From NCBI GenBank assembly GCA_041640635.1, contig JBEPZX010000002.1:32001-96000 (forward strand): a DNA stretch of 64,000 nucleotides. The letters are read 5' to 3'. Under the pieces are notes generated by a model. That model ran no database searches. It was given only the letters and a program-made list of their open reading frames with translations, and was not told the origin of the DNA. Each line of letters starts with the position of its first letter. The first letter of the stretch is position 1. Both the position numbers and the translations under genes were made by a program. This DNA is from Aquificaceae bacterium. Lineage in GTDB: Bacteria > Aquificota > Aquificia > Aquificales > Aquificaceae. Positions 38,674-49,194 of the stretch are shown here, piece by piece.

Positions 38674-41600
38674 CTATTGTCCATGGACCTGGTTGCCTAC
38701 CAATACACTTGAGTTGGTTATAGGAAATACTCTCGATATACCATTTCTTGCACTTACTCCTATCAGCTTTTGAGCGTATTCTGCCATAGATTCTCTCAAA
38801 GTTACCACTATAAACTGTGCGTTCTTTGATCTATCTTTGATGAGCTCTCCTACCTTTCTGGAGTTGGCTTCGTCTAGATGGGCATCAACTTCATCGAAGT
38901 AGTAAAAAACTGAAGGCTGATAGTCTTGAATGGCAAAAATAAGGGAAAGGGCTGCCAAGGTTTTCTCTCCGCCAGAAATAGCCTCAAGATACTGAACATC
39001 TTTGCCTCTTGGTTTTACAACTAAGTTGACACCTCCAGCAAAAGGATCGTCCTCCCTTTCCAAAACCATGTACGCTTTGCCACCTGGAGAAAGGTAGGAA
39101 AATATTCTCTTCAGGTTTTTGTTTATGCTTTCGTAAGCAGTCATAAAAGCCTTTGTTTTCTTGGTTTCTATTTCTTGGATGAGTTCCCTTATGGCTTTTT
39201 TCTCGTCTAACATCTTTTTGTGTTTCTGTTTGAGATCTTCGTACCTTGATTTGTGCTCTTCGTAGTCCTCCTGGGCTCTTAGATTCACATTTTCGTAGAG
39301 TTTTTCCTCCTGAGTGAGCCTGTTTATCTCATCCTTTAATTTGGTGGTGGATTCTTTAACCTCTTGTACCTCTCCATCCCACCCGATGCTTTCTAACTTC
39401 TCCCTTAAATCCCTTATCCTTTCTTCCAACCTTACCTTTTCGTTTTGTAGTTTGGATAAAGCATCTCTTTTTTCCTCTTCCAAAAGCTTCAATCTACCTA
39501 AATTTGACTGTGCCTCTCTTATTTGGGATTCTATGGTATCCTTTTGCCTATAGAGCTCATAAGCCTTGCTTTCAAGGTTCATAAGTTCTTGTTCCTTATC
39601 TTTTCTATCTTCCTCAAGGTAAAAGATCTTGTGCTCCGTATCTTGTATCTCCTGATGGGCTCTTGATATAAATTCCTGGGTTGTATTTATCTCCCTTTGT
39701 AAGTTTTCCCTATCTTTTTCTTTATCTTTTAGTTGCAGACTCAACTTAAGTATTTCCTCTTTCTTCAAATCTATTAGTTTTCTTACCTTTTCCTGCTTTT
39801 GTCTTAGGTCTTCTATCCCAGACTCTACGTAGTGTTTCATTATGGATTGACGTTTAAGGGATAGGTTTTCTATTTTTTCTTTCAGGTACTCGATTTCTTG
39901 TGTCAGCGCTTCCCTTTGTGAGAGGATTTGACTTTTCTCTCCGTTTATTATATGCAAATAATCTTTCGCTTTGTTTATCTTTTCTTGAATCTCTTTTATG
40001 CGGGCAAAGGATTTTTCATCCCTCTCTTGAAGCTCCTTTATCTTCCTCTGTATTATTCTCAATGCACTTTCCTTTTCCAAGAGGTCTTCCCTTAGAGATT
40101 TGAGAGCTTCTTCCTTGACCTTTTCTTCTCTACTTATACCTTCTAGTATGCTTAAGAGTCTTTCCAACTCCTTTGCGTAAAACTCCCTTCCTAACTCGCC
40201 TTTGCTTTCTGTGTATCCACCGCTGATTACACCCGTTTTTTCAAAGAGTTCTCCTTCCAATGTAACCATTCTGTATGCACCTATGCCTATCCTTTTTGCA
40301 CTTTCAAAGTCCTCTACTACAAGAGTATCACCAAAAACAAACCTCACAGCTTTTTCAAACCTTTTGTCGTATTCTACAAGATTAACCGCAAAGTCTATAG
40401 CTCCCTTCTGCCGCGGGTAAGGTGGCAAATTAAGATCCTTTATTCTATTTATTGGGATAAAGTTCATCCTCCCTATTTTTAGTTCCTTAAGTATCTGTAT
40501 ACATTGCTTTGCCACATCCTCATCATCCACCACAACGTAAGAGAGTCTTCCACCACCTGCCGCTTCTATAGCTTTTAAGTACTCCATATCCTTCACTTTA
40601 ATTAAATCGGCTACCTTTCCGTGCACACCTCTTAATTCTTGAAATGGTAACGTGTGAGACTCACTCGTCCTTAACTTGGATTCCAGTATGGCTACTTCCT
40701 TTAGTAGTTCCTCCTTTTCTTTCCTTAAGTTTTTGAGCTTTCCTTCCGTTTCTTCCAGCTCTGCTTTCTTTTTTCTTATAGCTATTTCTTCCTCTTTCAT
40801 GAGTTTGTTGTAGTTTTCCATTTTCAAAGAAGCGTCACCCAGTTGTTCCTTTATAGCCTTTAGCTCTTGTTCTAACTGAATTATGTCTTCTTGAATTTTC
40901 ACGTTTTTGATGTCTATTTCTCTTATTCTTATATCTCCATCGTTGAGGCTTTTTTTCTTACTTTCGAGTTCTTCCCTGAGAAGTTTTAGTTTTTCCTCCG
41001 TTTTCTCCGCTTCCTCCAATGATACTTTTAAACCTTCCTCTCTTTCTAATAAGGACTGTGTGATACTTGAGTATTCGTCTTCGTGTTTCAGGAGCTCTCT
41101 CTCTTTGTCTTCAAGTTCCTTTGCAATAACTTCTTCCTCTTGAATGACCTTTTCTAATATTTGGTTATACTCTTTTACCTTTTCTTGAGCACGAATTATG
41201 TCTTCTTGAAGTCTCAACTTCTTTTTGTGAAGTTCTTGCAGTTTCTGGCTTGCATGTTCTAAGTCTGAGCTTATCTTGCCAACTCTCTCTCTGTATGGTA
41301 GCAATTTATCATTCAAAGAAGCGAGCTCATTTTCCAAGTCTTTGAGTTTAGCTTCCCAATTGGCAATGTCCTTCTTTAGACTCTCAACCTGCGTCCTTAC
41401 TGAATCTTCGTTAGTCTGTAGGTTACTAAACTGAGACTCTATGGAAATAAGCTCTTTCAGATATAGTTTTATCTCAAGGTTTTTCTTTTGATTCTTTATT
41501 TCTTTGTAACGTTGTAGTCTTTTCAACTCTTCTGACAGTCTTTCTATTTGGACCTCTACCTCGTCTATCAAGAGAGAAAGCTCCCTGATCTTTAGTTCCA

Positions 41601-42150
41601 CCTCTCCAAGATTCTCTAATGCTTTTTGTTTCTTTTCTTCAAACTCTCCTACACCTGATATATCCTCTATGAGTTTTCTTCGCTCCAGTGGAGTCATTCT
41701 CAAAAAGCGGATTATATCGCCTTGGAGCACAACATTGTAAGCGCTTTCGAATATACCTGCTTTAGCCAAAAAATCGGATACATCCTTTTCTCTTACAGTC
41801 TGGGAGTTGATTTTATAGACACTTCTTCCATCGGCATACACCTTTCTAGATATTACAACTTCCTCATCCTCTATCGTAAAAATTCCTTGATTTTTAAAGT
41901 GTACCTCCACGTATGCGTATTCGGCTTTTTCTTCACCTTTTGAGTATATTAGGTAAGTCAAGTTTTTTGCCCTTAGGGTTTTTGCTGTAGCTAGCCCGAG
42001 AGCAAAAGAGATAGCATCCCCTATGTTTGATTTTCCAGCACCGTTGGGACCAACTATGGCAATAAATCCCTCTCCCAAAGGTATTTCTAACCTTTCTTTA
42101 CCGTAGGATTTAAATCCCTCAACTACTAACTTTTCTATCCAAGCTTTCAT
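38674..42150 (-). CDS. smc: Chromosome partition protein Smc
   Basis: GFKSY, GPNGAGKSN, hinge domain, coiled coils, ISGGEK, FDEVDAHLD. Confidence 0.97.
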   Translation of the reverse strand: MKAWIEKLVVEGFKSYGKERLEIPLGEGFIAIVGPNGAGKSNIGDAISFALGLATAKTLRAKNLTYLIYSKGEEKAEYAYVEVHFKNQGIFTIEDEEVVISRKVYADGRSVYKINSQTVREKDVSDFLAKAGIFESAYNVVLQGDIIRFLRMTPLERRKLIEDISGVGEFEEKKQKALENLGEVELKIRELSLLIDEVEVQIERLSEELKRLQRYKEIKNQKKNLEIKLYLKELISIESQFSNLQTNEDSVRTQVESLKKDIANWEAKLKDLENELASLNDKLLPYRERVGKISSDLEHASQKLQELHKKKLRLQEDIIRAQEKVKEYNQILEKVIQEEEVIAKELEDKERELLKHEDEYSSITQSLLEREEGLKVSLEEAEKTEEKLKLLREELESKKKSLNDGDIRIREIDIKNVKIQEDIIQLEQELKAIKEQLGDASLKMENYNKLMKEEEIAIRKKKAELEETEGKLKNLRKEKEELLKEVAILESKLRTSESHTLPFQELRGVHGKVADLIKVKDMEYLKAIEAAGGGRLSYVVVDDEDVAKQCIQILKELKIGRMNFIPINRIKDLNLPPYPRQKGAIDFAVNLVEYDKRFEKAVRFVFGDTLVVEDFESAKRIGIGAYRMVTLEGELFEKTGVISGGYTESKGELGREFYAKELERLLSILEGISREEKVKEEALKSLREDLLEKESALRIIQRKIKELQERDEKSFARIKEIQEKINKAKDYLHIINGEKSQILSQREALTQEIEYLKEKIENLSLKRQSIMKHYVESGIEDLRQKQEKVRKLIDLKKEEILKLSLQLKDKEKDRENLQREINTTQEFISRAHQEIQDTEHKIFYLEEDRKDKEQELMNLESKAYELYRQKDTIESQIREAQSNLGRLKLLEEEKRDALSKLQNEKVRLEERIRDLREKLESIGWDGEVQEVKESTTKLKDEINRLTQEEKLYENVNLRAQEDYEEHKSRYEDLKQKHKKMLDEKKAIRELIQEIETKKTKAFMTAYESINKNLKRIFSYLSPGGKAYMVLEREDDPFAGGVNLVVKPRGKDVQYLEAISGGEKTLAALSLIFAIQDYQPSVFYYFDEVDAHLDEANSRKVGELIKDRSKNAQFIVVTLRESMAEYAQKLIGVSARNGISRVFPITNSSVLVGNQVHGQ

Positions 42151-42215
42151 CCCTTTCCTTTGATATATTATATTTACACTTGAAAAGTATTAAGCCCTTA
42201 AAATACTATAAATAA

Positions 42216-43163
42216 ATGTGGGTACTAGGTCAACACGATGAAGATTATAGAAAAGCAAGATCTTCTCCGTTACAACTCGTAGGAAACACTCCTTTAGTAA
42301 GGATAAACAAGGTTATCCCAAAAGATATATCACCAAAGGTAGAAATATACGCAAAGCTTGAGGGTTTTAATTTGGGTGGGTCCGTAAAGGATAGACCAGC
42401 TCTGAGTATGTTCTTAGATGCTATAAATCGAGGACTTATAAAAGATGGGAAGATAGTCATAGATGCTACATCGGGCAACACAGGCATAGCTTTAGCAATG
42501 GTAGGTGCATCCTTGGGTATTCCTGTAGAACTTGCCATGCCTGCAAACGTAAGCGAAGAAAGAAAAAAGATAATAAAGGCTTACGGTGCCAAGGTGTATT
42601 TTACAGACCCTCTGTTAGGTACTGACGGTGCCATTATATTTGTTCGGGAAAAGGTAGAGAAGGAGCCAGACAGATACATTTACTTAGATCAATACAACAA
42701 TCCAGCCAACTGGAGGGCACACTTTTACTCAACAGGTATAGAAGTATGGAATCAAACCCAAGGAAGGATAACACACTTTGTGGCAGGAATAGGCACAGGT
42801 GGAACTATAATGGGTACAGGTAGAAGACTAAAAGTTTACAGTCCCAACATACAGATAGTTGGTGTTCAGCCAGCTCATCCTTTCCATGGCATAGAAGGAC
42901 TCAAGCACATAGAGAGTTCCATAAAACCCGGCATATTTGATGAAACACTTCTGGACAGAACCATCTTTGTAGAGACGGAAGATGCCTACGAGATGACAAA
43001 GAGACTGGCTAACGAAGAAGCCCTATTTGTAGGTCAATCGAGCGGAGCAGCTTTGCATGCTGCTATAACTCTGAGCAGAGAGCTAGAGGAAGGTGTCGTG
43101 GTCGTTATTTTCCCAGATGGAGGAGAAAAGTATTTAAGTACAGCACCTTTTAAAGATTTATAA
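42216..43163 (+). CDS. cysM: PLP-dependent cysteine synthase (CysM/CysK family)
   Basis: VGNTPLV, GGSVKDR, TSGNTG, GTGGT, YLST; CysM versus CysK assignment uncertain. Confidence 0.82.
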   Translation: MWVLGQHDEDYRKARSSPLQLVGNTPLVRINKVIPKDISPKVEIYAKLEGFNLGGSVKDRPALSMFLDAINRGLIKDGKIVIDATSGNTGIALAMVGASLGIPVELAMPANVSEERKKIIKAYGAKVYFTDPLLGTDGAIIFVREKVEKEPDRYIYLDQYNNPANWRAHFYSTGIEVWNQTQGRITHFVAGIGTGGTIMGTGRRLKVYSPNIQIVGVQPAHPFHGIEGLKHIESSIKPGIFDETLLDRTIFVETEDAYEMTKRLANEEALFVGQSSGAALHAAITLSRELEEGVVVVIFPDGGEKYLSTAPFKDL

Positions 43164-43171
43164 TTTATCAA

Positions 43172-44530
43172 ATGTTTAGAGAAAGGATAAAGAAGTTTCA
43201 CTTTGTAGGAATAGGCGGAATAGGTATGAGCGGTATAGCTCAGATTCTGTTAGAGATGGGATACCAAGTATCGGGTTCGGATCTCCAAGAAAACAAGAAC
43301 GTAAGACTTCTAAGAGAAAAGGGAGTAACGGCTTACATAGGACATAGAGAGGAAAATCTGAAGGATGCTGATGTAGTGGTTTACTCTTCAGCTGTTGATG
43401 AAAATAATCCGGAACTACGCAAGGCAAAGCAGATGAGCATCCCAACTATACCTCGTGGCGAGATGCTTGCCGAACTCTTTAGACTAAAAGAAGGTATAGC
43501 TGTATGTGGTTCTCATGGCAAAACTACAACAACCTCTATGATAGCTCATATATCACATATGGCTGGAATGGATCCAACTGTAATAATAGGTGGCATACTT
43601 CAGAGCTTGGGGACCAATGCCAAATTGGGAAGGGACAATCTTATAATTTCGGAAGCCGACGAAAGCGATGGGTCTTTCTTAAAACTCTCACCTACGGTGG
43701 CTGTTATAACCAACATAGACAAAGAACATTTAGGGTTTTACAGAGATTTGGAGGAAATAAAGGAAGCTTTTATAAAATTTGCCAACAGCGTTCCTTTTTA
43801 CGGATTCTGTGTTATGAATATGGACGATGAAAACTCTGCAAGTACACTACCTTACATCAAAAAGAAGGTGCTAACCTTCGGAATAGAAAAAAAAGCTAAC
43901 CTTCAAGCCAGTAACCTAAGGCTCATAGATGGTAAGTACTCCTTTGACGTAGAGTTAAATGGGCAAAGGCTTGGAAACATCTATTTAGGCGTTCCTGGCA
44001 GACATAACGTGTACAATGCTTTGGCAAGTACCTTGGTATGTCTTAACATGGACATAAGCTTTGATACTATATCGAGCGCTCTAGCAAGCTTTAGAAACGC
44101 AGAGCGTAGGCTAGATCTTAAAGGATATTACAAAGGAAATCCCATTTACGATGATTACGGGCACCATCCAACAGAAATCAAGTCTGTGCTAAGTGCCATC
44201 AGAGAGATGTATCCAGACAGAAGAGTAATCCTGATCTTTCAACCTCACAGGTACTCTAGAACCTTTTACTTGTACAATGAATTTATAAAAGTACTGAAAG
44301 AGGCAGATGTAAAGATAACCACTCACATATATCCTGCAGGTGAAGAAAACACCTATGGAGTAAATGGACAAGATTTGGCAAAGGATTCAGGGGCTATATT
44401 TGCAGCAGATAAAGAAGAGATCTTTGAGCTTCTAGAAAAAGAATCTACAGAAGGCGATGTAATACTTTTTATGGGAGCTGGAAGTATATCCAGATGGTGT
44501 GAGGAGTTTGTGAATCTTGTAAAATCATGA
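43172..44530 (+). CDS. murC: UDP-N-acetylmuramate--L-alanine ligase
   Basis: GIGGIGMSG, GSHGKTTT, EADESD, DDYGHHPTE, FQPHRYSRT. Confidence 0.97.
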   Translation: MFRERIKKFHFVGIGGIGMSGIAQILLEMGYQVSGSDLQENKNVRLLREKGVTAYIGHREENLKDADVVVYSSAVDENNPELRKAKQMSIPTIPRGEMLAELFRLKEGIAVCGSHGKTTTTSMIAHISHMAGMDPTVIIGGILQSLGTNAKLGRDNLIISEADESDGSFLKLSPTVAVITNIDKEHLGFYRDLEEIKEAFIKFANSVPFYGFCVMNMDDENSASTLPYIKKKVLTFGIEKKANLQASNLRLIDGKYSFDVELNGQRLGNIYLGVPGRHNVYNALASTLVCLNMDISFDTISSALASFRNAERRLDLKGYYKGNPIYDDYGHHPTEIKSVLSAIREMYPDRRVILIFQPHRYSRTFYLYNEFIKVLKEADVKITTHIYPAGEENTYGVNGQDLAKDSGAIFAADKEEIFELLEKESTEGDVILFMGAGSISRWCEEFVNLVKS

Positions 44531-46173
44531 ACGGTTTCTTAGGTAGGGAATGGGTAATTCTTCAAGACCAAATACATCCTCCAGAGGATTTAGTAGACCG
44601 CTTTGGTCCATTCATAGCTCAAATATTGGCAAATAGAAATACCGATGGAAGGGTTTTTGACTTAGCGCTCAAAAATATACCTCACTACAGACATATCCCA
44701 AACATCGAAGAAGCTGCGAGTGTTATACTTGACGCAGTTAAAAAAGGCAGACGTATCATCATATACGGTGATTACGATGTTGATGGTATAACGGGAACAG
44801 CATTGCTGTATCACTTTCTCAAGTCTGTAGGAGCTAAAGTATTATGTTCTTTACCTACCCGTAAAACAGGATACGGTTTGAATAAAAACATAATTAGGGA
44901 CTTCGAAAGGTACGCTGATCTAATAATCACTGTAGACAACGGAACAACAGCCGTTGAGGAAATAAACGGCTGTAGAAAGCCCGTAGTGGTATTAGACCAT
45001 CACAATATTGGAGATAAGCTTCCAAAAGCAATACTTGTAAATCCAAAGCTTGATACGAACACGCCAAATTACATAAAGGAAATTTCTTCCGTTGGATTAG
45101 CTTTCTACGTTGCTCTCCTTCTAAATAAAGAGTTACCGATAAATTTTGACATTAGGAATTATCTCCATTTAGTCGCTGTAGGTACATTGGCTGATATTAT
45201 GCCATTGAATATGCTCAATCGTGTACTAGTTGCCAAAGGGATAGAGGTTTTAAACCACATTAGAAACGCAGATACACCATTTCAGGGTATGAAGTTGTTG
45301 CTCAACCATGTAAAAAACCACAATGAAGAGATATCCTCTAAAGATGTAGTTTTTTCGATAGTGCCAAGGTTAAATACACCCGGTAGGATAGAGAATCCAA
45401 TAACGAGTTTAAGGCTTCTGCTGGAATCCAACGAAACTAAAGCCCGTCAGATCTTAGAAGAAATTGAAGATTTAAACGACAAAAGAAGAGAGTTAGTAGA
45501 TAAAGAGTACGTAAACGTATTAAAAATCGCAGAACTTAAAAAAAATGAAAGTCTAATATCTGTGTTTATTAACGACCCGTCTAAAGTAGGTATACTGGGT
45601 ATTATCGCTGGTAGACTCTCTAACGAATTTGAGAAGCCGAGCATCGTTTTTTGTGTGGGAAACGATGTAGCTGTAGGATCTGCGAGAAGCGTTAAAGGTG
45701 TGGACCTGTACTCTGGACTAAAGGAGCTTTCCGACATGTTCATAAAGTGGGGTGGGCACACAGGTGCAGCTGGGTTAACCATACCTAAAGAAAATCTGGA
45801 ACGATTTGAAATCAGAGCGCGCGAGGTATTTTCTAAACTGTATAAAAAACCACAACTTCTAATAGATATGAGATTGGAAACGAAAAAGATCAATCAAGAC
45901 ATCTTAAATCAAATAAAGAGTCTCGAGCCTTTTGGAGAAGGTTTTCCGGAACCAGTGTTTCTGTCCGAACACTTAAACCTAAGCAAGGACGAAAGATCCA
46001 ACATAAGAAAAGTTATATTTAAAGGAGATGGAAATTTGACCTTTGTGAGTTGGGATACAAGGTTAAATAGCAAGCTGGTGCAGCTTTCCAGATACAGTGG
46101 TAGAGTAGTCTATTCTATAGATTTAAGGTATAGGCACAGCTTGAAAATAATAGATATGGAAAAATGGCTTTAG
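44527..46173 (+). CDS. recJ: ssDNA exonuclease RecJ
   Basis: GDYDVDG, TVDNG, LDHH, GTLAD, PRLN..GR, GSARS, GGH..AAG. Confidence 0.92.
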   Translation: MNGFLGREWVILQDQIHPPEDLVDRFGPFIAQILANRNTDGRVFDLALKNIPHYRHIPNIEEAASVILDAVKKGRRIIIYGDYDVDGITGTALLYHFLKSVGAKVLCSLPTRKTGYGLNKNIIRDFERYADLIITVDNGTTAVEEINGCRKPVVVLDHHNIGDKLPKAILVNPKLDTNTPNYIKEISSVGLAFYVALLLNKELPINFDIRNYLHLVAVGTLADIMPLNMLNRVLVAKGIEVLNHIRNADTPFQGMKLLLNHVKNHNEEISSKDVVFSIVPRLNTPGRIENPITSLRLLLESNETKARQILEEIEDLNDKRRELVDKEYVNVLKIAELKKNESLISVFINDPSKVGILGIIAGRLSNEFEKPSIVFCVGNDVAVGSARSVKGVDLYSGLKELSDMFIKWGGHTGAAGLTIPKENLERFEIRAREVFSKLYKKPQLLIDMRLETKKINQDILNQIKSLEPFGEGFPEPVFLSEHLNLSKDERSNIRKVIFKGDGNLTFVSWDTRLNSKLVQLSRYSGRVVYSIDLRYRHSLKIIDMEKWL

Positions 46174-46667
46174 GGAAAACTCACGACTTTGTTAACCTTA
46201 TATTCTTACCTGCAAGCCTGTACTTTGTCCCAAGAGACTTTTTCTTACCTTTTACAGCCGGATATCTCATAGGAACCTTCTTGCTCTCTCCTGACTTGGA
46301 TATGAAGGGGTCCAAGCCTTCCAAAAGATGGAAAGTTTTTAGGTTTATATGGTATCCTTATCAAGCTAAGTCTAAGCATAGGGGTATATCTCACGTACCC
46401 ATTGTTGGAACCTTTGTGAGACTTTTTTACTTTAATCTTGTTGTAATGTTTTTTTACGCATTTTTTTCGTTCTTGGTTAGGAATTACTTGCCGGAATATA
46501 CCGATTTGGCAAACCACTTAAACCCTCAAAAATATTTAGAAGCCTTTGGAAAGTCTGAGTCCTCCTTTTACTTTCTCTTGGGATTGATTGTGTCTGAAAC
46601 TTTTCATATCGCTTTGGATCTTTTTAGCTCAACTTTCAATAGGAATAAAAGGAAAAGACGCAGGTAA
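46164..46667 (+). CDS. DUF2227-like membrane metal-binding protein
   Basis: GKTHD, LSPDLD, HRGISH, HIALD. Confidence 0.75.
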   Translation: MALGKTHDFVNLIFLPASLYFVPRDFFLPFTAGYLIGTFLLSPDLDMKGSKPSKRWKVFRFIWYPYQAKSKHRGISHVPIVGTFVRLFYFNLVVMFFYAFFSFLVRNYLPEYTDLANHLNPQKYLEAFGKSESSFYFLLGLIVSETFHIALDLFSSTFNRNKRKRRR

Positions 46668-46856
46668 TATCCACCTAGTTTCCATCAACACCCCTCGGTC
46701 TCGTTTGGAAAAATGCCAATGTATCACCTGTGTGTTAAGAGTGCATAGCAATCGAGATCACCAACCCTTGATAACTATCCATCAACTGTATATAGACATA
46801 TATACATAACATCTGGTCTTCAGATATTATTACCATTCCGATGAGGAGCTACTCAA

Positions 46857-47942
46857 TTAATTAAACACCTTTACTATGTTGTAGTAAGTATCCCTTTGAG
46901 CTGGGATAAATCCAGCAGCTTTTATTGCATCCACCATATCCTGAACCTTGGGAATGTTTACTTTGTAGCTTGTTGAAGATATAACATTCTCTTCCATCAT
47001 TACACTCCCAAGGTCGTTAGCACCGAAGTGTAACCCTACGATGCCTATGTTGATTGTTTGGGTTACATGAGAGCTTTGAATATTTCTGAAATTATCTAGG
47101 TAGATTCGAGACAATGCTAAAACTTTGAGGTAGTATACGGAAGATGCTTCTTCCAAATGATCAAGCTGCGTATTACCTTTTTTGAAAGTCCAAGGAATAA
47201 AGGCTGTAAATCCTCCTGTTTGGTCTTGAACCCTTCTAACCCTTTCTAAATGTTCCACTATATGGTAAGGCTTCTCTATATGGCCAAACATCATGGTAGC
47301 TGTGGTTGTCATTCCTAGCTCGTGGGCCATTGTGTGAACCTCTTCCCACTCCTCCACACTGCACTTGCCTGGACTTAAAAAGCTTCTAACTTCGTCGGAC
47401 AGTATTTCTGCACCACCGCCTGGAATAGAATCCAAACCTGCTTGCTTTAATCTTTGGATCACTTCCTTTATGGAGAGTCTTTCCAACTTTGCAAGATACA
47501 CAACTTCTGGAGCTGAAAAGGAGTGAATTTGCACCTCAGGAAAGGCAGACTTTATAGTGGAGATAAGATCTTCGTAATACCCTATGGGAAGGTATGGATT
47601 TAACCCCCCTTGCATCAAGAGAGTAGTGCCACCCCACTCTACAAGTTCCTTCACCTTTTGTAATATACTTTCTTTCTCCAAAGTATAGCCTTCTGGAGAA
47701 CTTACCTTCCTCTGAAAGGCACAAAACTTACAACCAGCAACGCATACATTGGTGTAGTTGACGTTTCTGTCTATAACAAAGGTGACTATGTTGCTGGGAT
47801 GTAGCTTTTTTCTAACATAGTCTGCAAGGTAACCCAGAGTTGTAATGTCTCCTTTTTCCAAAAGCAAAAGAGCTTCTTCTTGGTTTATTCTTTGACCTTC
47901 TATAACCTTGTCGTAAATGTATCTTAAACTCAGTGTTTTCAT
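46857..47942 (-). CDS. mqnC: Cyclic dehypoxanthine futalosine synthase (radical SAM)
   Basis: DRNVNYTNVCVAGCKFCAF, QGG, PGGGAEIL, TATMMFGH, GANDLGSVMMEENV. Confidence 0.88.
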   Translation of the reverse strand: MKTLSLRYIYDKVIEGQRINQEEALLLLEKGDITTLGYLADYVRKKLHPSNIVTFVIDRNVNYTNVCVAGCKFCAFQRKVSSPEGYTLEKESILQKVKELVEWGGTTLLMQGGLNPYLPIGYYEDLISTIKSAFPEVQIHSFSAPEVVYLAKLERLSIKEVIQRLKQAGLDSIPGGGAEILSDEVRSFLSPGKCSVEEWEEVHTMAHELGMTTTATMMFGHIEKPYHIVEHLERVRRVQDQTGGFTAFIPWTFKKGNTQLDHLEEASSVYYLKVLALSRIYLDNFRNIQSSHVTQTINIGIVGLHFGANDLGSVMMEENVISSTSYKVNIPKVQDMVDAIKAAGFIPAQRDTYYNIVKVFN

Positions 47943-47962
47943 AGCAGTGTTTTAAATTACTC

Positions 47963-49180
47963 TTAAGCCCCGTATTTGGCAAGTCTTAAAGAGTTAGCTA
48001 GCATAAGGTTTATAAGTTTAGCTGCTGGGAAAATCCCAAGTTCTCCTTTTAGGCATTCCCTTTCTGTAAACCTTAATGATGTTTGACCAAGTACATAAGG
48101 TGAGTGCAACAAGATGGGTACAGGGTGCCAAGAGTGCCCTTTAAGTATGGAAGGTGTGGAATGATCTCCGGTAATTACTAAAATATCGGGCTTTAGTTGT
48201 AAAATTTTGGGTAAAAGGGAATCAAACTCTTCAATGACCTTTACTTTTCCCTCATAATTTCCATCTTCACCGTAGGAGTCCGTTTTTTTTATGTGTAAAA
48301 AGAAAAAGTCATACTCTCTCCATACCTTTTCCAGCTTATCTATTTGATCCTCTACAGTTTTCCCTTCTACATCCACTACATCCATTCCCACCAAACTGGC
48401 AAGTCCTCTATACATGGGATAAACGGCTATCGCACAAGCTTTTAGTTTAAACCTTTCGTAAAAACTTTCTATTTTGGGCTTTTGAGAAAAGCCTCTGAGA
48501 AGCATATAGTTAGCTTTTGGTTCATCCTTCAGTATCTGTGCAATTTTATCCACCAATTTATTTACCACCTCGGCCACTCTTTGTGCATTCTCATTGGAGC
48601 CTTTAGCTTTCAAAACTTCCAGTCCTTCCTTTTGTGGATCCGTATCGTTAATAAAGTCACTTCCTATAGGTAATGGGTAAGGAAAACGGAGAATTATGGC
48701 TGTTCTGTGCTCCATACCTGCTTGGATGTATACCTTAACTCCATCTATTTCCTTTATTGCCTCTTTTAACTTTTGAGTAATTGCCTTATTTTCCTCAGTG
48801 GATATACGCCCAGCTCTTCTATCTACAACGATAACTTTCCCATCTTCATACTTTACCTTAGCGTAATTTCCTCTGATGGCTATGTCCGTATCACTTACAT
48901 GTAAACCAAGCCCCAAGGCTTCCAAAATCCCCCTTCCTATGGTGTACTTTAGAGGGTCATATCCAAATATCCCCAAATGCCCAGGACCACTACCTGGTGT
49001 TATACCGTAATCTACGGGAATGTGAAGTCCAAGTGCAGACCTTTTTGCAAGATTATCCAGGTTGGGGGTTTGCGCTAGCTCCAGTTCAGTTTTTCCATCC
49101 TTTACAGGTAAGCCACCAATACCATCTAGAACAACAAGTAAAAGCTTTGTGTTGTTGGTTTTTACGAGGCTTTCCAGCAT
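47963..49180 (-). CDS. apgM: 2,3-BPG-independent phosphoglycerate mutase, archaeal ApgM type
   Basis: LDGIGG, PGSGPGHLGIFGYDP, GRG.LEALG, DRRAGRI, TGDHSTP, HSWHPVP. Confidence 0.9.
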   Translation of the reverse strand: MLESLVKTNNTKLLLVVLDGIGGLPVKDGKTELELAQTPNLDNLAKRSALGLHIPVDYGITPGSGPGHLGIFGYDPLKYTIGRGILEALGLGLHVSDTDIAIRGNYAKVKYEDGKVIVVDRRAGRISTEENKAITQKLKEAIKEIDGVKVYIQAGMEHRTAIILRFPYPLPIGSDFINDTDPQKEGLEVLKAKGSNENAQRVAEVVNKLVDKIAQILKDEPKANYMLLRGFSQKPKIESFYERFKLKACAIAVYPMYRGLASLVGMDVVDVEGKTVEDQIDKLEKVWREYDFFFLHIKKTDSYGEDGNYEGKVKVIEEFDSLLPKILQLKPDILVITGDHSTPSILKGHSWHPVPILLHSPYVLGQTSLRFTERECLKGELGIFPAAKLINLMLANSLRLAKYGA

Positions 49181-49194
49181 GGTTTCTAATTATA

